Shown: positions 55,701 to 64,000 of the stretch, one piece after another | Layout of the letters: every line of letters begins with the position of its first letter | Position numbering within the stretch: position 1 is the stretch's first letter | NCBI GenBank assembly: GCA_904063045.1 | Contig: CAJFCJ010000010.1 | Coordinates: forward strand, 248,001-312,000 | Reading direction: 5' to 3' | Origin: Dimorphilus gyrociliatus | Lineage: Eukaryota > Animalia > Annelida | Length of the DNA: 64,000 nt | The notes under the pieces: generated by a model | What the model saw: only the letters and a program-made list of their open reading frames with translations | What the model was told of the DNA's origin: nothing | The model's database searches: none | Position numbers and translations under genes: made by a program

Positions 55701-58700
55701 TCTCTTTCTCTCTCTCCGAATTTTCTAGTTTAAATTTCATTTCATCATTGTCATTTTTCATTTTGGATATATTACTTTTTAGTTCTTTTGCTTCGTTGCA
55801 ACCCTTTTCCAAATTAGAAATAACATCTTTTAAAGAATTAATTTCACTATCAGCTTTCTCTCTATCAGCTGTTGAAGAAGATAGGGAATTTATTATATCT
55901 TTATTTTCGTTCTTCAATTTTAGATTAAGATCTTTCAAATCTTCAATTTCATTGTTTAGTTCTTTGCCGATAATCTCTAGAGATTCTTTTTCTTTTTTCA
56001 GTTGAGAAAAGGTCTGGTTTAATGATTCTAATTGGCTAACAGCGTTTTCTTTGTCATTTTCTAAACTTTCTACTTTGATTTTTATTTCGTTACACTCTTT
56101 TTTGGATTTTAAAGCAATTTGTTTAAATTTAAAACATTTGTCAACATTTTCCTTTCCTTCCGCCTTTGATTTTGACAATTTTTCCGAAATACTTTCGTTT
56201 TCTATCCTTAAGCTATCTACATCTGCTCGTAGTTTTTCTAAAGAAGCTCTTAAATCGGAATTTTCATTAATTAAAGAAATAATTTCTTGTGAAGCCAACT
56301 CTTTCTTACTTCCTAATAAATTCTCCAATTGGTCTATTTGTTCCTTTAACAAATCATTGTTTTTATTCGAAGCTATTAGATCTTGATTGGCTTCTTTAAG
56401 ATCTTGATTTAGCTTTTCTATAGATTTTTCATATTCTTTTTCAGTAAAAAACGATATTTCTTCTTTTAACAATTCGTTGTTCTTTAAAGCTGCAGTTAAT
56501 TGTACGTTTGTATTGTTTAATTTATTATACAATTCTTCGTTGTTTTTTTCATATTCTTTAGCTTTAAATTGGTTTATTTGCTCTTCTAAACTTTTGTTTA
56601 ATTGTTCCAAATTGTCTATTTTGGCGAGATATTCTTTAATATTAGCTGTTTTCTCTTCTTGTGATTCTCTTTGACGATTGAGATCCTCTTTCAAGTGATG
56701 ATTAGCTTGACTTTCTTCAGTAAATTTCTCTTCAATTTCTTTCAATTGAGCGGCTAAATCTGAAATTGTTTTGTCATAATTTTTATTTTCTAAATCAGTT
56801 ATTTGAGCAACCAGTTTTTCGTTATTATTGGAGGATTTAACGAGCATTTCTTCGCTTATTTTTAATTTACACTTTAATTCCTCTGTTTCTTGAGAAAGTG
56901 CTTTTAAAGCATTTTGGAGGGACTCCTTCTCGACCATCCTAACATTTAGTTCAGACAATTTCTCATTAAGAATTGCTACTTCACTTTGCCTGTCTTTTAA
57001 TGATATATCTAATTCATTTATCACAGTTGTCATGTTTTCCAGACACTCTCTTTGCTGAGAGTTGGAATTTTTTAAAGATTCGAGCTGTTCTATTGTACAA
57101 GTTTCTTTCTGCTTGCTTTCCTCTATTTTACTTTCTAAGTTTTCTATTAATTTTTCACACTCATCTATGGTTGTTTTATATTTTATAATTTCTAGTTCTT
57201 TTTCCTGTAATAGTATATCAACATTTTCCCTATTATCTTCTGAGGATTCTTCTTTTCCTAAAATAAACTCTAACTCAGTTTGAGCACCACATTCAATTAG
57301 TTGCTTTTTCAAATGAGATATCATAGCATCCTCAGCTTCTATTAAGTTTGTATCTTTTTTTGCTTTCAAGTTATCATAGTCCTCCTTAATTTTTTTGCAA
57401 TCATGATCCTTTACTTGTAAAGATTCATGAAGAGATATAATTTCCTTCTTCAGTGATTCAATCTCTTCTTGGAAATTTATCGATTTTGAATCACCTGTGG
57501 ATATATCTGTGGAATTTTTCAGCGATGTATACTCAGCCAATACATCTTCGTATTGAGCTTTAATGTTTTGTAATAATTCGTCCTTAGCTGCTATTTGTGA
57601 CACACACTCTTCTTTGGTTGATTGTAAATTCTGTATTTGATTTTTAGTTTGCTCCAACTCTTGAATCGTACGTTCATGCGCCAATTTAGTACTTTCAAAT
57701 TCATTGCCAGTACTTTCCTTGAAAGATTCGTACTGGTCTTTAACTTTCTTCAGCTCTACTGTTAACATTTCCTTCTGTTTATTATTCTCATCTTGCAACT
57801 TTTCAACTTCAACTTTCAAGTCCAAACTCTCAGTTTTAATTTGACTCAGAGCTTCATTAAGAGCATTCAGTTCGGCACTTAGATCGATTTTCTCTTCATC
57901 AGACTCATATATTGATTTAATCTTCATTTGTTCTGTCTGTTCTGGGAAAGATTTTAATTGAATGTTTTCTTCTTCTAGACGTTTCATTTCCGTTTGAAGA
58001 ATAATCAGCGTTTGTTTTAAATCAGTCAATTCTGTCGCTTTATCCTCTAAAGCTGACTTTAATTCTCGACTAATAGAATTTATCTTAGTTAATTGACCAG
58101 TCAATTCCATATTCAGTTGGCAAGAATTTCTATCTGTATTTTCCGAGTATTGGCTTTTCATTATGTTATATTTTTCAATTAATTCGCTAATTCTAGATTG
58201 ATGAGAATCATTTAAGTTTCTCAATTCATCGTGGAGATGTTTGTTTTGTTGAATAAGAGAATATTGTTGATTTTTGACAACTTTAACAATTTCTTTCATT
58301 TCATCATTTTGTCTTTCAGAATTCTGAAGTTCGTCTTTAATTTTAACGTAAGCGATTTCTCTCTTTTCCAATTCTTTACTTAACTAAAAGTTTTTCATAA
58401 AAAATAAAAGAGTGAATAAATATAGAAATTAATTATTTAATGAGCAAATGTGCTACACGTATAACAAACCTGTCCAACTTTATTCTGAAACTTATCAAGT
58501 TCATTTTTTAAAGTTCCCACTTGGCATTGTAAATCAATGGTACTATCCGATTCATGTTGTTCTCTTAACTTGAGAAGATTTTCTCTTAAATTATCCCTTT
58601 CTTGGAGCGCTTCCTGTATGATAATAATTGTTTATTAAAAGGCTTTTTATGTATATTCTAATGTAAATAGATTTAACTAGTATTTATATTAACTATTACT

Positions 58701-61700
58701 ACTGACTAGAAATCAGTTGCAAAAAGTCGCTTAAAGATAAATATTCAAAAGTGGAAGAAAAAAAGCTGTAAAAACTATGTCGCAAAATGCAAAACGTGCT
58801 TTATATAATAGTAAAAATTATTAAAATTAAACGAATAGGGAGAGATAAATGCGTAAAAATACATTTTTAGTAAAAAATATTAAAGCAGAGTATATAATAG
58901 CTTTTCAATAAGCTACGAATTCTGACTAAACTTCTTTGGGAGTAGGTACTCCTATGGTTGATAACAAAATCAATTACAGATAACTTTTCTTCAATTTGTC
59001 TTTCATGAAACATAGAAAGCAAACTATTTTTGTTCACATATATAAATATATATATATATATTAATATGTCTATATATTGAATATATAAATATATTTTTGT
59101 ATATATTAATAATAATAACAATGGATATAAAAAACATGGCATAAAAGGAGAGGATAAAAGCAAACAGTAAAAGGGAAAAGAAAGCGTTTAATAATGTCAA
59201 ACTATTTGTTATCAACCGTGTACAATATGTCACTTCAAATACATTCTAAGCGAATAAAATATAAAAAAAAGCCGTAAATGTGTAAAACCTTCAAAACTAT
59301 TGTGCATTTATGTCCTACAAGTGATATTTTCTGAAAAACAAAGCAATTTCTCCTAGAAATATTATTATATCAAAAATAAATGCAATTATTTTTACAAAAA
59401 ATTGCGAAAGTAAAAATATATAAAAAAAATATCCTTTAATTAAGATAATAATCTTATTATATATATATATACAGGATATACATATACATATATATGCATG
59501 TGTAATAAAAAGAAAATAAAATAGAAATATACATCACAATGATAAATAATAGAATATTATTCAGATTTATATACCTGTAAAGCGCTATTTAGATCATCTA
59601 ATTGATGAAAGCTCTCGTCTTCTTTTCTCTCCAAATCCAGCAGTTCTTCATACGCTCTGTCCTAAGAAATAGAAAAGATAGACAATAACAATATTTATTA
59701 TTTTAAACTGAATAATAATTAATTGATTAACTTAATTAGTTAATTAATATTTCATATATTCAACTGCTTAACTTCATTTACCTTATCAAATCTTTCTAGT
59801 TCCAAAAGCTTTTCCCATTCATATAATTGATTTCGAACTCTTTGTAATTCTTTTGCTAGTAGAATTTTATCTTGCTTAATTTTTTCTAATTCAGGCTGTG
59901 ACTCCTGAAAGGAGAATATTAATGAAGAAATTCTATTATCCTTCATACAATGATTATATATTTATGAAAAGAATATTAAACAAATACAAATTCAATATAA
60001 TACTTACAGGAGAATTAGATTCTGCTAGTTTACTTTTAAATTCTTCTCTCTCTGATTCAATTATCTTTATAAATAAACGAAATAAATTAAACAAAAATAA
60101 CACGAATTATTAACCATGTTTCTTTTTTTAGAATTCTTTAAGTATAACAATACCTTTATTTGCTTTTGAAGTTGCAGAATCTCATTTAAGTGTTTCTCAT
60201 CATTTTCTCTCGCCTGAATTATTTCGTTTGATTAATATAAAAAAAATGTCCGTTATTTAATGCAATCAACTGAAATTATCACCTCGTTTTCACGTATTTT
60301 TAAGCTTTCCATAAAAGAATTTTTTTCTTTCGTTAGGCTTTCAATGGTTTTTCTATTTTCTTCACATTCCGCTTCAAAATTTTCGATAATATCAGTATTT
60401 TTATCAATATTTTGTAAATTCAGATTTAGCCTATTATTTTCTTGCTTCAGTTCTTCCATTTCGGATTTCAGTGAATCTTTAACCATCTTACACGCCGATA
60501 TAGCATCATCACGTGCCGATTTAAGAACATCGTTTTCGGCTTCGGCGTTCTATATTGTTTTTAATTTTAAAGCTTAGTGATAGACATGTTATTATTTTAA
60601 AACATTTATTAGATACCTTAAATTTGAGTTTCAGTTCGTTAATCTCTTTATTTAAACATTCGAAAGTCGATTTCATTCCTTCTTCTTTCATTTTCGTACA
60701 TTCAATCATTTCATTTAATCTCTTTATTCAAATAAAATAATAAATTTTATTATTGAAGTATTTACAACTTTCCATTAAAAACTATACCGAATTTTCAGCT
60801 TTATAAGTCTGCAAATTACTATTCAAATCATGACACTTTTCACAATCTTTTCCCGAATTTGAAAGTTCAGTAACTTTACCATTTAGGTCTGTAGATGTAT
60901 TATGTTCTTTTTTAGACTGATATGAATACTTATGCTCATATATATACAGTATATATATATATATATATATATGTACTGTAAAGGTATACTCTGAACAAAT
61001 CTCAATATGAGTAGTGTAAGATTATAAAAAACATTAAAAAAACGATAAATTAAACCTATTCGAAAAAAAGCATAAACACATTTCTAATGTACTCCTCACC
61101 TAAGAATAGAACGACTGAATAAATTTTAGAAGAAATCATTCAAGTATTATAATTATTTTTTTTTATGAATGACTAATTCTATTACATGAATACACAGTAA
61201 TACACGTATTTATACGTGTACCTATAAAAGTATACTTTCAAAGAAAATTGAACATTAATCTAAGTCTAAGCATTAGATTAAAGTATAGTTGGTTAAACTA
61301 ATCAATAATTTTATAAAATATGAAATATGGGTACGACTATCCGCTGAAATTGATGGCTTAAGCTATAAAAGCTACAGGTTTTAAACTATTGATTATAGCA
61401 AAGTGTAATAAATTTATGTTAATATTCCAAAAATTAAAATTTTGAGAGAATTGTGTGCGAATTATTGTTGGTGTTATAAGTTTTATGTTTGCTATTTTAG
61501 CTGCCTTTAACTATAATGCCATATCCTTGCTTTAGTAATGATTGAAATAATTTGATAAATAGGGTTGTTAGACTTAGATCCTTTTACTTACCTGTAATTT
61601 GTTGCTTCAGCTTTTGACTCTGAAGTAACTGCTTTTTTACTAGAATAATCAGTTCCTCTTTAGATTTAGAGTCAAGCTAAAATATATGATTGTTATTAGA

Positions 61701-61788
61701 TATTGATAGTATTTGTATTTAAGTATATTCTTACTTTATTTGCTGGTTTTGTTGATGGACTGGCAGATACGTCTGAACTTTCGGCCAT
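52765..61788 (-). CDS. GCC2: GRIP and coiled-coil domain protein 2 (GCC185 golgin), includes a 3.4 kb central exon
   Basis: N-terminal MAESSD...NK|LDSKSKEELIILVKKQ, long coiled coil (ORF 54922-58371), YESYKVKVKSVL, GRIP domain NMEYLKNIIFK, C-terminal AWSGYFHRWTGYS*. Confidence 0.88.
53935..54711 (+). CDS. Nested antisense gene in GCC2 intron 53855-54735: about 207-aa single-pass membrane protein, 3 exons
   Basis: Exons 53935-53994, 54088-54335 and 54399-54711 splice in frame. N-terminal Ser/Thr/Asn-rich region with N-x-S/T sequons, TM VYTLIFTAVPITLICILTILVCI, then a charged tail. Confidence 0.65.
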
Positions 61789-62063
61789 ATTTGCTATATA
61801 GTGTTAAAACCTTTCTGTTTAGAAGCAGAAAACTGATTTACAACAATTTGTTTATCACATAACGCAATTTCTGACACGAAATTCAGTAATCCCTTCGAAT
61901 TTAATATAGTGACACAAAACATTCAATTTAGTTTGGTTCACGAGGTTTTGCTATTATATCGACAAATTAATTGGGATTGAATACCAGTCCTGTTTATATA
62001 GCAGACAACCCTTAAAAATGGCGGTTCTCAATTAGATTGAAAACATCGGGGAAGCGATGCTTG

Positions 62064-64000
62064 ATGGCTTATTTTTCGAATACTCAGTACCGAGAAAATG
62101 ATGAATATAGCTATGGAGAAATTGATAAGCGAGAAGATTTTTGTCTTGCCAAGCCAGAAATCGTCAGGTAACTGCGATTCGCCATAAACTGCGATAGAAA
62201 GTAGAATATTTCAACTGGATAAAAACGATAGTTTATTTATTATTACATAAATCGCCATTTTGATTAATAGAGTTAATAGAAACATAGTACTGCATCTCAA
62301 GTTATAAATATGTCACCATAGTAACAATGCTCATAAATTGACTGATTTAGAGAGACATGACTGCTAGGTGGCGTTGGCTAAATATTTATAGCATCTGTAG
62401 GCATCTGCTGCAACATCTGTTTTTTATGCAGAGGTCCCAGGCGTATACAGTTAACGAAGGGATCGAGCGGATTCGGCTTTAACATAATTGGAGGAGAAAA
62501 TGGATCGGGTATTTTCGTCAGTTTCATATTAGCTGGTGGACCTGCTGACTTATCAGGTGAGCTTAGGACAGGGGATCAGTTACTGTCTGCCAACGGACAA
62601 GACTTACGGCATGCTACTCATTTCGAAGCTGTTCAGGTTTGTGTTTAGACCTCAATAGATATATAAAGAGTATACGTGTAAATATATAGATGCAATGTAC
62701 GTTATATTTGTACAAATATTTGATGCAATATTTAAGAGTTTTTCCTTATTTTCTTTAAAAAGTGAATTTAAAAAATATATTAGCATGAAAATATTGCATA
62801 ATCTATTTTGTCAATTAACATAATAGTCGAAATTATTGCCTGTGAAAATAGTATATTATCTCTAGAGCTTTATGACAAAATTGCTTGCTGTATGTAGGTT
62901 AGTTTTCATCAGAATTTTATGACAAATAGCCGTAATGGAAATTTTTTAGCCAAGAAGAATATTACTGGAAGGTAACTTAAACATATTAATTAAAATTAAA
63001 AGAGGATCGCCAGAGGGTAATATATTGCTCTTTGTAAAATACAAAGTAACATAAAGATAATTACTAAAACATTCATTTCGCAGTAGTCAAGCGCTAGAAC
63101 GCACAGTTTTTTTCTTCATGATACATTGATCTAAAACCAAATAGTGTGACAAATAGCGCCCTCTGAACTTAAATGGTCCAAGACTTTGTTACATCCCGTC
63201 GTTTCCCTTCAATCAATTAATTGCCTAATTTAGAGTGAGTTATTTATTAGAAACGCCCCTTGAATATTCAAATTGATTGGGATAATTTGCATATATAAAA
63301 GTCGTGACTAGAATTAGGTCGATTTTTAAACATTAAGAAGTTAAATGTTATTGATCGGAACCAGATGTTATTTTTGTGAATATAAAATATTGTTTTTTAC
63401 ATTTTTCAATACTAAACAGTAAATTTAGACGTTCTTTTATTGTTTAACAGGTTTTAAAACGCAACCAAGAAAGTATTGAATTTGTTGTTGAATATCGTCC
63501 TGACGATTATAACAGAGCAGAATCACGATTACACGATTTACGGGAGCAGATGCTTACGACAAGCCAGCTTAGAACGACGCATAAAAGAACATTGTACGTT
63601 CGAACCTTATTCGATTACAATCCATCAACAGACAGCGGTCTGCCATCCCGGGGTCTGGCCTTTAAACATGGTTTCATACTACACGTTACTAATGCATCAG
63701 ATGACGAATGGTGGCAGGCAAAAGTCCTGCTACCCGTCCCAGAGGAAGATATATTTGGTATCATTCCTTCGAAAAGAAGGGTTGAGAGAAAGGAGAAAGC
63801 TAGATTAAAAAATGTAAAATTTTCCCAAACGCGTGATTTGAATTCGGGCGACAAGAGGAAAAAAAATTTTGCCTTTTCGAGAAGGTTTCCATTTATGAAA
63901 AGCAAAGAACACTCGGGTTCGGAGGAAGTTAGTGATGAAGAAGAATGTATAAGATCTTACGAGCCAGTCAGCCTGCAGCAAATTAACTATTTTCGACCTG
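62064..64000 (+). CDS. dlg: Discs-large-type MAGUK with only PDZ3-SH3-HOOK-(GK start); continues past the right edge
   Basis: Exons 62064-62167, 62432-62636 and 63451-64000 (open to the edge). [37 protein letters not shown]3 LYVRTLFDY...[11 protein letters not shown]...[35 protein letters not shown]. Confidence 0.92.

Noticed and set aside
55157-57283. Several + strand ORFs opposite the large GCC2 exon
   Set aside because: They are Phe/Ser/Leu-rich antisense shadows of Glu/Lys-rich coiled-coil codons.
58867-59233. ORFs in the about 1 kb GCC2 intron as a second nested gene
   Set aside because: Low-complexity TA-repeat translations with no coherent exon chain.

Overview
AT-rich (roughly 70% A+T by eye), gene-dense animal genomic DNA with mostly very short GT-AG introns (about 45-100 nt). 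This is not prokaryotic, so the ORF track shows only exon fragments and I rebuilt genes by hand-splicing. About 19 protein-coding genes are supported, left to right: WDR35/IFT121 (-, runs off left edge), RPL30 (+), TRPV-like channel (-), PAF-acetylhydrolase (-), ER-lumen JmjC protein with KDEL (+), divergent TGF-beta ligand (+), Hsp110 (+), morgue-type Zn/F-box/UEV protein (-), INTS8 (+), an unrecognised 5-exon secreted protein in a ~10 kb gene-poor block (+), TERT (-), PNRC (-), GLT1D1 (-), NDUFC2 (+), PAR/C-EBP-like bZIP (+), PIRT/TMEM100-like 2-TM protein (-), golgin GCC2 (-) with a nested antisense membrane-protein gene, and a short DLG-type MAGUK (+, runs off right edge). The gene set and CTCF-like motifs suggest a compact invertebrate bilaterian; a miniaturised annelid such as Dimorphilus is an unverified guess. 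Best leads: the JmjC enzyme whose HxD iron motif is HxH, the orphan secreted protein, the nested gene, the PIRT-like protein, the morgue homologue, the single-PDZ DLG, and a palindromic poly(A) signal shared by RPL30 and the TRPV gene. No tRNA, rRNA, CRISPR array or autonomous transposon was found. Exon boundaries are manual and unverified by RNA data.
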